This document shows, one piece after another, positions 13,677 to 27,500 of a DNA stretch of 64,000 nt (within the stretch, counting starts at the first letter, position 1; the number at the start of each line of letters is the position of its first letter). The stretch lies in assembly GCA_905331295.1 (NCBI GenBank), contig CAJNYD010000020.1:62001-126000 (forward strand), given 5' to 3'. The position numbers and the translations under genes were made by a program. The notes under the pieces were generated by a model, which saw nothing but the letters and a program-made list of their open reading frames with translations, made no database searches and had not been told where the DNA came from. The DNA is from Rotaria socialis (Eukaryota).

Positions 13677-14876
13677 ATGCATATCACCGAATTTCGCATT
13701 ATTTTACCAATGACTGTGGAAGAATATCAAATTGCACAATTATTTTCAACTGCAAAAGTTTCTGAACAAAATACAGGTGGTGGTGAAGGTGTCGAGGTTC
13801 TCGTTAATGAACCATTTGAAAAATCATCAGCAGAAGGCTTTCTTGGTCGATATAATGTTGGGCAGTATACAAGAAAAGTTTATCATTTTGCTTCACGTGT
13901 GCCAGGTTTTGTTCGTTTAGTATTTAAAGAATCAAATTTATCTATGCACGAAGAAGCATGGAATGCTTATCCATATTGTAAAACAGTAATTACAAATCCA
14001 TACATGAAAGATAATATGCTAATTGAAATATCAACATTACATTTGGCTGATCATGGTGAATCAGAAAATGTACATCAATTGAATCATGATGAACTTAAGA
14101 AACGTCACGTTGTTTACATTTATATTTCTGATAAAGTTAGCCGCCATGACTATAAAGCCGAAGAAGATCCAGAAAAATTCCAGTCATCAAAAACTGGCCG
14201 TGGTCCACTTGTATCACAGGATCAATGGTACAAAACTTGTGAACCACATATGTAAGTTTCTATTGTTTTTTGTTGTTGTTGTTGATAGCTTTATAATATT
14301 AGTTGGCGTCCTATAGACACAGATCGGTGCGAATGATGAGATTATGTAACTAGTTGTATATAAGAATTAGTCGATGCGAACGCAACTGTCTCGATAAAGA
14401 TTAGAAGATAAAAACAGATATTTCACCTTTTGTCAAGTGAACACATGAAACCCTGTTAGCAATACGAGCTATAAACATGTTTTGTAAAATATTTCACTTA
14501 ATAAAAAAAACAATATCGAGCTTTCTTTTCGTTAAGTACACTCTTGAAAGAATGTTTGCGCGTGATGCAGTGTTTGCGTCATTCATGATAACAGAAAAAA
14601 ACGAAATAACTGGTTCTTTTTCGAATTTTTAGGTGCTGTTACAAATTAGTGCGAGCAAAATTCAAGTGGCTCGGTATTCAAACACGAGTAGAAAATTTAA
14701 TTATGACACAAGAAGATCGTTTATTCCGTAATTTTCATCGTCAACTGTTTTGTTGGATGGATGAATGGTATGGTTTAACAATGCAAGATATTCGAGCTAT
14801 TGAAGTTGCTACAGCTCAAAAGCTTGAAAAAGCACGTCAAGCAGGTCAGAAACAAGGTTATACCGGCGAAGAATAA
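13677..14876 (+). CDS. PITPNA: Class I phosphatidylinositol transfer protein (PITP alpha/beta), 2 exons
   Basis: [71 protein letters not shown]. Exons 13677-14251 and 14633-14876. The alpha versus beta assignment is nominal. Confidence 0.93.
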
Positions 14877-16434
14877 ATATATATTCTTTTTCTTTTCAAT
14901 ACTCTCCTACATTCGCTTGTCAATCACATTCTGTTCATGCATTGTTTATTTTTTTCTCTCTTCTACTTCATTTTATGTCTAGTGACAATATGTGTGTGCG
15001 CTCGCCTATCCTTATTTATTATTCCTTAATGACCAACACGATGTTCTGAAAGAAGAAAAAAATACAACAGAGTTTATTCTTGTGTGCTGTTTCCTTAGGT
15101 ATTACTAATCCTTTATTTTTTCGTGCATGTATCGACACAAATTAGAAGAATTTCGTTTTGTTGCTTGATTTCATGTTCCTATTCTTCGGGGTTTGTGTGC
15201 AGGATAAATTAAACAAAAGCAAATGTGCAAACTAACGAATAAATTGCAGCTTATATTTTGTATGCGACTGGAGATACATATATGAGGTTGTTTTTCAGCG
15301 ATCTACGAATAGTGATGGAGCTATTTCAAAGTTTTTTTTTCTTATCGTTGTACAATCAAGCATTTTTAAGGGAGAATTTTTCTTTATAACTATTATGTAT
15401 TCAGACCGTCCTTTTTCTAATTTACAAACAATAAAAGTTTATTCTACTTCTAATAAATAAAAATCAAATTTTTACTGAAGATAACTTTTCTAGATAGATT
15501 GAAGGAAATTTTGGTTTGATATGGTGCCATACTGCCAGTTAGCCAACGAGGAAATGTTTCCAATTATCTGATTGCTTTTTTGTTCTTGAGTATGATGTCA
15601 TTGGATGGGACCCACTGAAGAATAAAAAAGATGGTATTTTAGTCTGATTTGCGATTAAGTTTTACAAATAATCGTTATACTATACTTCCTAACGAAACTT
15701 AGCTGAGACAAACATATGCTCCTTATCGAGATATTCACAAGGAAGTCATGCATTTCATTCGTAAATTGAAATAGACTTTCTTAATAAAATAACCAGTTCT
15801 GCCAATTGAAAATGAATGTTTTTACTGTTTATCACAATCGATTTAAATGGTAATATTTTCAAATCCTCGTTGATAGAACAGTTATGAACGTATCTGAAAC
15901 GCGATACTTTTTGCTACAGCTGTATTAATATCGATTTTACAAGTCTCAATAAACCACCTTGTTTCATAAATAATTATTGACTTCACAATAATTAAATATT
16001 AACATCATCACAGTCATTCATAGATGGTTTTTATGAAAAGACAGAAAAACAAAGCTATTATCATCACATATCTTTATTGCAGGTCGTCATGATCGAACGT
16101 AAAAAACGAGTATGTTTCCTCTTGTTCTAAACTTAATATAAAAAAAACCTACTAATGCAAATCCTTTGATATTAATATGCGGAATATGATGTAGTTCCTG
16201 TTGATACTCAGAGGAATATTCCTTTAATTTAATTCTATCTAGTTTTGAGACGCATTGCTTGATTATCTTTTTCTTGCAGCTTACAGAAATTTAATCAGAA
16301 ACACCACAACAAATTCTGATAGGATCTATGCCGAAGAAACTTTATTGTTTTCGAATATAAAATATCGATTTTTATTCAATAGTTTAAAAGAGGAAATAGA
16401 ATAAAAATATTTGTTCAATTTAATTTTTTTTAGC

Positions 16435-17145
16435 ATGCTGATTATCGGTTTAACTGGTGGCATCGCCACAGGTAAATCATCTGCTAGTGCCTATTTTAAA
16501 TCGCAAGGTATTCCTATTGTTGATGCTGATAAAATTGCTCGTCTTGTTGTTGAACCTGATAGGCCTGCTTATTATCAAATATTAAAACAATTTGGTCATT
16601 TAAATATTCTTGAAACGAATAGTCGATCGTTAGATCGAAAGCGTTTAGGTGATGTTATTTTTACTAATGAACTAATGCGTAAACAATTAAATAGATGTAC
16701 ACATGGCTATATTCGTCGTGAAGCTCTTAAACAATTGATAGGAAGTTTTTTTCAATTTCAATCAATTGTTATATGGGATGTCCCACTTTTATTTGAAGTT
16801 GGTCTTGATCGATTTTTATCAAATACATTAGTTATATTTTGTGATCAAACAGTTCAATTAGATCGTTTGAAAAAACGCGGCGATATCAGCGATGATGAAC
16901 AAGCATTAAAACGTATCAATGCTCAAATGGATTTAAATGAAAAGTGTCGACGAGCACGTTATATTATCGATAATAATAGTACAAAAGACGTATTACATAA
17001 GCAATTGAAAGATTTTCTAACTAAAATTCAGTCCAGTCAAGTGAATACTTTAGTTTGGTTTGTTGTACTCTGCATACCACTCGCATTAACATATGGTATT
17101 CTTCGACTTTGGGATTTAATAGATCAATTTAAATATCGTAATTGA
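16435..17145 (+). CDS. DCAKD: Dephospho-CoA kinase domain protein with C-terminal membrane anchor
   Basis: IIGLTGGIATGKS P-loop, VDADKIAR, LDRKRLG, DVPLLFE, RINAQM, IIDN; hydrophobic C-terminal segment as in animal DCAKD. Confidence 0.93.
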   Translation: MLIIGLTGGIATGKSSASAYFKSQGIPIVDADKIARLVVEPDRPAYYQILKQFGHLNILETNSRSLDRKRLGDVIFTNELMRKQLNRCTHGYIRREALKQLIGSFFQFQSIVIWDVPLLFEVGLDRFLSNTLVIFCDQTVQLDRLKKRGDISDDEQALKRINAQMDLNEKCRRARYIIDNNSTKDVLHKQLKDFLTKIQSSQVNTLVWFVVLCIPLALTYGILRLWDLIDQFKYRN

Positions 17146-17325
17146 TCATAGGAGTTTTCTTTTATAATTGTTTTTTTTCTTCTAAACAAGATGTTGGCGC
17201 TTTGAAATTTGAATGAATAAAATTAATCCAATTGCATTTCGTTTAACTAATTCCGATTCTATTCATGTGTATTACTATTCTTCTCTTTCAAATAAACATT
17301 TTTTTAATAATCATCTATCGATGAG

Positions 17326-18198
17326 ATGAAGGCAATACGTCGTTCAAGACGACCTCGTTTGTCTCGTCGACGGAAACATTCGTCAGTTCAATCTATAGAA
17401 AGTGATAATGATGAATCTGATCTCGAACATCAAACATTGCCGGAAAAATCTATTACACGAACTAATAAAAATGCGAATCGTATACCTACCAGTGCTTTAG
17501 TTGATACGATTACAAATCTATCAAATGAACATAAACAAGATCAGAGATTACATTTATCATCCGATGAATCAGTTTTATTTCTTAATTCTATTAATAGTAT
17601 GCCGAAACCAACACATGTCTCCGATGACCTTACACCATTGTCAAAAACTACAACTAACACAACACTGCTGACAGCTTTGACATATAGTAATACAAAACAA
17701 ACAGAAACAGTTAGAATTGATTTAACACAATTAAGCAGTACAGATACACTTGCAAGTTCATCAGCAAATACTGATCATGATCAATCATTGTCACTTGATA
17801 GGAAAATTTCATTGACTAATATTAATGCTAAAATTAGGCATAGTAAATATTTTACTCAAATCTATGATACAGACACCAGTATGAAATCTGTTGTATTCTC
17901 AAAAGATAATACATTAGAACAAGACCTATCATCCTCATATCGTAAACATCTATCATGTTTAACTATGCCAAATGTAGACAATAGAGGTTTGATGACAATA
18001 GATTCACCGGCAATTGTCGGAGACATATTATTACCAGCAAAAGTCAATACAAACATAAACATTTGTCAACAGATGCCAGTTCATTGGAATTCATCTCGAT
18101 GGAATCTACCAAATATTACACCTAGATTGAAAATATTGATAAGCTGCTCATCATTAAGTTTAGCGATCGGAATTTTAATGCTTGTTATTATTCTATAA
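17326..18198 (+). CDS. Unknown Ser/Thr-rich, probably disordered protein with a C-terminal hydrophobic anchor
   Basis: 290-codon ORF in very AT-rich DNA; basic N-terminus; C-terminal ILISCSSLSLAIGILMLVIIL. No recognisable domain. Confidence 0.55.
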   Translation: MKAIRRSRRPRLSRRRKHSSVQSIESDNDESDLEHQTLPEKSITRTNKNANRIPTSALVDTITNLSNEHKQDQRLHLSSDESVLFLNSINSMPKPTHVSDDLTPLSKTTTNTTLLTALTYSNTKQTETVRIDLTQLSSTDTLASSSANTDHDQSLSLDRKISLTNINAKIRHSKYFTQIYDTDTSMKSVVFSKDNTLEQDLSSSYRKHLSCLTMPNVDNRGLMTIDSPAIVGDILLPAKVNTNINICQQMPVHWNSSRWNLPNITPRLKILISCSSLSLAIGILMLVIIL

Positions 18199-19859
18199 GA
18201 TAACAAATGGAAACAATACATTTTATTTGATACATTGAGATAAAATAGAAAAGAAGCAACGTATTTATTAGATAGAATTCTTTAATTTGCTTCGAAAATA
18301 TTTTACGAGTAATTAAAATATCGATCAGGATGGGTTTGACTAAGAGTCAATTAGTTTTTAAATGCGAAGAAATATATACTGAATCATCTAAGATTTAGAA
18401 GTAAATTTCACTGAATTTGTTCGAAAACGAAATTTCGTTCTATGCTGCAGAGACTCGCTGACACTTGATTGTAGTCATGCAAACGATCGACATTATTGTT
18501 GGAACAGGCAGGAATGAAAAAACTATGATTGTTTTAAATATCTCAAATCTATTTGATTGAGTATGAACTACATTAGTATTGCAAGTGTAGAAGAAAAACG
18601 GGAATTGAAAATCATGAGATTTGAATAATATCTTGATTAAGTTCAGCATTATTCAGCTACAATTTTCTATTGATACAAAAATGATCTTTAAATCGATGTA
18701 TGTCTAAGTATGACTCATAATTTCATGTCAATCTTTATTAATGTATTGCTTGAAATGATTGTATGATGTTTATAGGCAATAAAAATCTATACTTTGAATA
18801 GTAACTAATTGTGTTGTATATAGCATAGCAAATATTCAGAAAATAATAGTTACTGTTCATATTTACAAAAATATCCCAATAGATCCATTGGAAAAGTAAA
18901 TAAAATGACAAATTTCGAATGTCTCTTTTGCTACTACTGAAACATTTGTTCTGTAATCAATGATTTTCTTTTTATATGAATCTCAATAGAACTTTATGAC
19001 ACTTTATCATTCGAGAATAGATCAGTTATAACTATTGATCGATCAACTTATGATAAGATGAACCCTTAGAGGCATACTTCTCGTTGTCGTTCACGCTTTT
19101 TTTCTATGCTACACTATGGACATAAAGGCACCGAACCCATACACATTATCTGATCACTTTTTGTCGACTATAATGACGATGGTGTCTCATCATCAACTTG
19201 AACAGTTGATGGCGACTCAATCGATACTTGATGGTTGAAAAGAAAAAGAAAATGCGGAATAACTGATGAATTGCTCCATTATGTTCTCGATAGACTCATG
19301 CTTCATTATCACTTTCAGTCGTTGGCTCTTAGCTTTTTTTTGGATCATCAGAAGCGTAAGTACCGAAAGCTTTTACTGACGAGATGGTGCTGTTGGTAGA
19401 GCAGAGATCTAATGAAGGAAAAAGAAAAGGAAAAAGAGGACTCTTCAACTAGCCCATCATCACATATATGCATAGCACGCAACACTAGCACAGAAAAAAA
19501 ATCAGTATATGACACCTCATCGATCGAAAAGAATAAAAAAAGGATTCATAAAGATTAATTGTTTCTGTCACAATTATCCTATTAATTCGTAAGATATACT
19601 AGTCATCTAGCTAATTGTTCATGACTGAAATAATAGATGTAATATGACAAAATTTGTTTTAACCTTATTCATGAGTAAAATTAAGTATTAAGTGAATAGT
19701 AACACAAAGAAAAACAAAGAAGGTTTTTCTTATATATACATATATGTGTAAGTTCTATTTTAGCCGATTTCTTTCCGCTCTTCTCTTATTGCGTTTCCTC
19801 ATTGCGCGCTTGCTTGCGTGTTCAATGTTGCGCATATTCCGTTGACGCCGCTATAACAT

Positions 19860-19890
<31 letters not shown>

Positions 19891-22078
19891 TCGTTTTTAT
19901 ATTAGTATTACTTTAAGTCGTTGAGATGGAGGTGCTTTACTTTAGTTTGCCTTTTTTTTGAACTATGAAAAGACAGAATAGGTGAATTAATGAATAAGTA
20001 GATGTATGAGAGCAAAGAACAGAAAAGTAAAAAGAGAGAAGAAATACTGTTGCGATTAGTGGGGTGTTTCATTCGTGTTGACCACTTTTCAATCATTAAA
20101 CAAGATCACGAGTAAATGCAATCGACTAGAATACGATGAAAATTCATTTTTGCATATACTCAATCTACTACTACAGCATATGCATCCTGTAAACCGATTA
20201 GACAAATGAGAGGTAATATGATTATTTTATGTTGTCTTCTCGATTTAGCTAGCGGCTAATTAAAGAATACTGTCAGTTGTCTGATTTATAACATTGTCTA
20301 AATAGTGTAAATATACACAATGAAATGTAGCTGACTGTTTTTTTTTGAAAGTAGTGATTGATGATCTCAATTGTGATATTTTCTATCAGTGCCTATATAA
20401 ATTTGGTGTTGAACTGTGAACAAGTAATTTCTTGTATTCTATTGCATTCATTAAATCTATAGAGACTGGTGAAGTTACACACGTAATCTCTAAGAATGAA
20501 TAAATGAACGGAGAACAGTTATTGCGAGAAACTATAATGAATTTTCTGGTGAATTGTATTTCTATGCCATCCGTCAGCATAGCACGTTTTCCCCCGGTGG
20601 GCAGTAGTAGCATGACCAAAAGTCACACATACATATAAACATGATTTCTTTTACCTCTCCCTCTCTCTCTCTCTCTCTCTTTCGTCTTCTCTTCCTTTCT
20701 TTCTTGTATCGGAATCTAGCTATTCATTTTTGTAACTATGGCTGTAGCTGTTCCTTTTCATTGCGCTTCACTGTGTTCCTTCTTCTACAATAATAAGCAA
20801 GCTTGATTCTCGCTTTACCCAAAACAAAAACGGAAGTCCTTTACATTTACTAATTAAGTGGTTCGACGACTAAGCAAATGTGCACTAGTAAGAAGAGAGG
20901 ATAAAGACAGAGAAACAGAGAACAAGAAAAACGACGCATTTTCTTTCATTGTAATGTGTGCATATAAGCGGCTTTTCTTTTATATATATATATATATATG
21001 TGTGTGTAGTAGTAGTAATTATGACTTGTAATCGACATTATGACGAAGAAGCGCACCGTCAAGGTTCTTTGTACGATTTTATGACAGCTGGTATGCGTTT
21101 AAGACGAATGAGAAACAGAGCTACTTGACCACTCTAGCGTATCTTTTTTTCCTGTAATGCTAGTAAGTGAAGAGAACAAATATTTGACTAAACAAGCTGT
21201 GAGTTTTATTGAAGATTGCGCAGAACTCGCTCATACGACAATCAACGCTTGTCAGAAAAAGAAAAGCGGAAGTCATAAAACAAAATGCACGCCAGCTAAC
21301 AGTAGGTAATTGTTCGATGAGTGAAAAGGATCGTAAATCGATTTTTTCATCCTCGTTTTACTTAACGATAAGATAATCGGACTATGAACGATATAGAATA
21401 CCTTGAGAAATGATAATTGTCAGCAAACTTATGTGAGAACGACAAGGACAACAGATAGAAACGAAAGCAAAAAGAAGAAGAAGTTCAGCAAATGAATTCA
21501 CAGGTAACCACTTAGAGTATTCTATCGATGATAAGCCGCTTTTTTATGAAGAAAAAAAACGTTAGAAATCAGCTACGGCAAATTAGCTTCAAAATAGATT
21601 GCTGAACATATGAACAATCCATAAGAAAGACGAGAGAGAAACCGACAGAATTATTGTATACATATAGTGAAAATGAGTAGTAAAGAGCAGCAGGAGAGAA
21701 AAAGAAAGATAGTGTGTGTGCGCGTGTGTTTGGGTGCATATTGTCTCAAAGGAGGCACTCGTCCTAATCAAACTGGCCTCTACTATTTTCTACAATACTG
21801 TAATCATCGTAGTAGCATTTATCCTCTTTTAATAAACGACGTGAGAAAAGAAAGAGAGAAGGAGAGACAACGAGAATATACGATAGAGATATTAGTGCAT
21901 GACAAAATATTTTCTTGCGGTTCTTTATATATCTAGACGTTATTATACATCATCATTCTTCGATCATCGCAAGCAATCGATAATAACCTCATGATCATCT
22001 TGTATTGATTTGCTCTTGTACAAAGCAGGTCGCATTTTTATCCTACTGTTGATAGAACGTGTCGTCAATATCAAAATT

Positions 22079-22453
22079 ATGTTAGGATCTTATCAATTAT
22101 CGGTAATCATCAAATTGATTCTCTTCGAAGTACTCGGACTAAGTAAGTTTCTTTTTTTTTCTTATTTTTTCACTTGTCTATTAGAGACACATCGAAATGG
22201 TTTCTTCATGTACAAACAAACAAATAATCAACTTCTAACGCAATTCTATGGACCCTCGTAACTATTGTGCCAAATGCACTGCATACGTATATCAAACAAT
22301 AGTATAGAGCTTCACTCACTACCACTACCACACCATGAATACATATTTAGATTTTTTTACTCAGCCGATTTTTAGTCTTCCATTATGCATTGATAAGATT
22401 TTGAAACTCTTTGATCATTACAATAATAGCAGAAAAAATGCTGGCTTCCCCTT

Positions 22454-22486
<33 letters not shown>

Positions 22487-23443
22487 TCTTTCATACATAT
22501 GCATGTACAGACAAATGGTATTTCTACTAACAACAAAACAAAATTGTATCTAATAATATGACCTTTAATATGAAGATAACTTGTCAACTAGATAATTGAA
22601 TAGCTCAGTTGATTCAGGTGTTGTCTATGAATAAAATAATTAAAAATGGCCTGTCTATTCATTTCTAGTGTGTATTGAAGACGATTCATTTCGTCGTTAT
22701 CGTCGACTACGTTCTTCTAGTGACAGTAATAATTCTCCCGGTACTCCATTTATCATAGTTTCCGTGTCAGTTGATGATTATTTTGCTATTCTTAATTGTT
22801 CTACGCCAGAAAAAGTATCTCATGATAAACTCGAATGGTATTTTCAACCGCATACTTCTTTTAAATCGCCGCGTGTTATTTGGCAACGTGGTCGTTCAAC
22901 TACTCATCGTTATACAGCTTATTCACCTGATCAAATTCAACATTTTTTTAAAATCAAACCAATCACTAATAATGATAGTGGTACTTATTCCTGTGTTGAT
23001 CAAGCAAGCGGTTTTATTAAGCCAGTCGAACTTATTGTTCGTAAGTTTGATTATATATTATATTGCATCAGAGCATTCTATTCAATTTATACTTGAAAAA
23101 AATTCAACAGTTCTCTTGTTTTTGCTTCATTAATACTAAAGTATATAGCTTAAATTTGAAATTGATTTTTTTTTCTTTCATTTTGTGTCGGTTGGCGAGA
23201 AATTTATTATGCAAATGAGTAGATTTTAATCTAATCAATCATAGCACTGCTAAGAAAATTAAATGTCTTCTTTTACAAAGATTAAACTACTAAGCTGACA
23301 GGTATCTTTTATTTTACATTTTAGGCGACAGTCGCAGTTGTGCCGGGAGTGTTATTCGTTTACAAATGACAATGCTTGTCTCTATTGTGCTACTTTCATT
23401 ATTCTTATCACGACGAACAGCAAGCGAGAGTCAAATAACATGA
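22079..23443 (+). CDS. Small single-Ig-domain surface protein (signal peptide, Ig, hydrophobic tail), 3 exons
   Basis: Exons 22079-22142, 22669-23040 and 23325-23443 join in phase 1. Ig signature LNC...EWYF...DSGTYSC...VELIV; C-terminal MLVSIVLLSLFL. Confidence 0.8.
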
Positions 23444-24570
23444 TCCTTCTTCATATTTTGTATGTGTATATATTATACTTGTCAACATACGTCTTCCATC
23501 CATCAATGTTCTTACTTTTTATTGTAAAACATGAATTTCAATTAAAAACAAGCACAAATAGGATAGAAAAGTTTTATGCTACGAAAGAAGCCTCAAGAGT
23601 TGTATTTTTTTGTCTTCTTCTTTTTTGTAACTGACCGAAAATAGCATTGAATTTCTTTTTATAATGAAAATGCAAATTGGATATTGCCTTTTTCTTTTTA
23701 TACATATTACTATTAAAATATTATTACGCTCACCAACAGCTAAATGTTATTCTATTGATAAAGAGAACAGATGATATTAATAACAAGTTCTTTCATAATC
23801 ATTGATTCTCTCGTGTTCTACAAGGCAATACATCTGTAGCTCGATTATCTAAGATTTGTTTTTAGTGTGTATTTCTATTTCGAAACTAATACGAGAGTCA
23901 ATAAGTCTATTGAAAAATAAAACGATTTAACATCATAGTTTCCTTTTTATTCTTAAAGAAACATTCAATGAAAAATACTTTTCCGATTGAAACCAACATG
24001 TGTAAGGAAGAATGTTTGTGATTAGTCAGAATGTATTTAATTACTTGTCGACCTATGCATATTCTTTTATCATATACAGACGCAATACTTATCTAATATT
24101 TTCTCTTTTTTTCATGAATTTTCAACCTTATATTATGTATTAATATTCAATTTCAATGATTAATGAAATAGGCAATAAATACAATGCATGTTAACGCCAA
24201 TAGCACAATGTTCAAATGACAACAAGAAAAAATATAACCAAAATTATCGATATATATATATATATATAGAAAGAGAGAGAGAGAGAGAGATCACGACTCC
24301 AGGAAAACAAACATTATTACAATCTTGAAATACAATGTCAAAAAATAGCCAATAGAATTACAAGGAAACATCAATAAATAAGATTTACGCATTGAAAGCA
24401 GATATGAAGAAAAAACGATTTATTACTGAATGAGAACATCTTCTTTTTGCATAAACGATAAAACTTTTAGAAGGAAGGTTGAATAGAAAAAGTAGTTCTT
24501 TTTTCTGTAGAGATTAAAACCCATGGAATGACTAGTTAACATGGAACAAAAATATTGTTTGGTGTCTTTT

Positions 24571-27500
24571 TCAGTATCCTAATGGTTTTTCAATGTTCGT
24601 ATCATAATTTCGAATCAATTGATCTTGTGGAACAACTCCATCTTCTTCTTGCGAAAAAGCGAATCCATCTAAAATTAAATTAAATTAAATCAAATAGCAA
24701 TTCAATATGATTATTTACGATAAGGTCCAGGAATAATTCCAGACATTTTTGGTGTTCGTGTTCGAATAAAAACACTTTTTAATAATGCTAATCGTTCAGC
24801 AACACGTGAAACCGTTGATGTTTGCCGTGCCATAACTAAATCGTATGGATCTTGATTTGCAACTTCTTTTTCTTGCACTTCTTGCATTAATGTTTTATAT
24901 AATGTTCTTTGTAAACTATTAAAAAACAACAGAGATGAAGCCAATTTACAGAAGCAAATCTTACCAATTATAGATAAAATCAGCGAATAATGCAGTTATC
25001 GGAATTATTATTAAACCAAGCCAGAAGTACATACTCGAAAAAACATATTTTGCCTAAAGCAGCAGTCTTAACATTTTTGAATATTCTATTAAGCAAACAG
25101 AGATACATACCATGCCACGCATTTCTGGTGCTAGGGGTATAGTTGGCCATATACTACTGTATACGATGAAAAACAAAAACCATGATGCTATACTTCCCCA
25201 AATTGCAACATGCGTTAGCTAATAAATTGAATGATTTTCATATAAAAAAAAGACTTCTCCCTGTTTTTTCTATTCCAAATTTCACTTACAAACGTCCATG
25301 AATCACTTTCAAGTCCAGCTTTGAGGCAAACGACGAAGATGACATACTAAAATATTTAGATAGAAATCTATTAATAAAATACATCAACTTTTGTAATTTT
25401 ACAACAGTCAAATATTAATCATGCGGTGAGTAAAACTGAAACACAGCGTATAATGTTGAAACATACCGTGTAAATCATATTGCCTAATAGTAGATAGTCT
25501 CCCACTTGTCCGTTACTATATGCAACGTCTACAGATAGAAAACAATAAGAAGCAGCCAGTTTAGTGATGTGCATTTAGTTATTTTTCTAATTACATGCTA
25601 GGGAATAATTTTAAAAGAAGAGGTGTTAGTGCATTGAAAAGCCAAGAAAGAACAAAGTTAAATAACCTTTCCCTTTTCTATCAGATTAGTTAAGCATGCA
25701 TGTAAACATCAAGAAAAGAAAACTAAAGAAAATATAATCTCCATTTACAGTATAGACGCAGTTGCCAAGAAATAAATGACTACCGAAAACCGTTCCATCA
25801 GAATGAGCAACATCTAAATAGTATAGGCAATCAATTTTTCTCTGTCGGTATTATTTGAAAGCATGGGGCCAAAACAGATTATATGTTAAAATAACAATCA
25901 ACACGTCTACATACCATGTCGCAACATTGCATACGACATAAAATAAAGAATAATGGAATGATAAACAGCATTCAAACACCATGTCCAAAAGACCTAAAAC
26001 GTTAAGTACTATTTTTTGTTTTCTTCTCTCGACACCAGCAATATTTTACTTTAATATTGAAATCTGATCTATTTTGTGACATTTTATACATAGCTGGAAA
26101 TCGCATCATAGTTTCAGCACTACAACATCGATCTAATAAACCAAGTGCCATTGGTGGTGCTGCTGTAAATAGTACATTGTATATTGCAATAGTCCATCGT
26201 TCAAATAAAATCTGTCCCGAAAATCCATTGTGAAATGCAAACCAAAGCTAAAAACAAAAACTCATGCAAAATCACTTCATTTTGTTTTTGAAATGTTAAA
26301 ACTAACCTCCATAACATAAAGACAAATATTTTTATAGAATGAATAAAGTAAAACTTTACATAGACGACGATAACTCCAAACACCATGTACAAATAATAGT
26401 TTTGTTAAAAATCGAAATTGTCCAATTGTATAATCTGCCGCACATGCAGCTTGTACACCTTCACGGCCCATGATTCCGACACCAACATGTGCTGTTTGAA
26501 TCATGCCAACATCATTGGCTCCATCGCCGATTGCTAATGTTATTTCATCAGTTGATAGTTTTACAAGTTCAACAACTTCGGCTTTCTGTTTTGGACTAAC
26601 ACTGAGAAAAACAATAACAAAACATAACTTAGTCTACTGCTTTGGATTTAGTCAATTTCTGCTTACCGACAACAAATAACAGTTTTGCATGATACAGCTA
26701 AATCGAGAAAATCTTGCCGACATGTTGGTGACAATGCATATTTTAGTGTTCTTCCTTCAATAATCAGTGACGCTAGATTTTCTTTACGTAATGATTCACC
26801 AAATGTTTGACAATGTTCACGTAATTGTCGTTGAGTATCCTTTTATTAAAAACAAAATATTTTCGATTACGTTCTTAAGAAAAACAAGAACGTCATTTGT
26901 TTATTTACATCAAGCGTTGCTTCATCAAGAGTTAGATTAAGTAACTGATCAGATAAAAGTTTACATGAATAACCAATATTAACTGCAGTTTCTTTTTTAT
27001 CACCAGTTAATACCCAAATCTAAGAATTTATTTATTTATGTATACATTGGAAAATATCATTTCGTTTGTTTACTATTTTACCTTAATGCCAGCTTTTAAT
27101 AACATAGAAAGACTTTCTGGAACATTCTGTAAATAAAAACAAAATTTCAAGATAATGAGAATAGATATTTGTTGGAAATGTCACATCGAGATAGTAACAA
27201 ATAAAAAACAATCATACTAATTTTATAGGCTATTAATGAGTGTTTTTGCTGTAGTTATTAGCAGTAGGTGTCCAACCCATGCTTTCTCAAGTTCTCCTGA
27301 GTACTGTTGACAAATCGACAGGTGGTATTACTTATTAATATGTCAACTATACCTAGTAGAACATGATAATTAATACTATATGAAATAGTGAAACTGATTC
27401 TTCTCAGGCATGCAGATGTCTGGTTTTTCGTAATCTAAACAATCTAGTCGCCTGTTAATGTTAAAAATAATTACATCTTGTAATTTATCTTCAATGCCAG

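Noticed and set aside
14252..14632. C/D snoRNA in the PITP intron (ATGATGA)
   Set aside because: No suitably placed CTGA D-box or terminal stem was seen.
19861..19887. (CAT)n and other microsatellites (TA, AG, GAA, AAAT)
   Set aside because: Ordinary simple repeats with no spacer structure, so not CRISPR-like.
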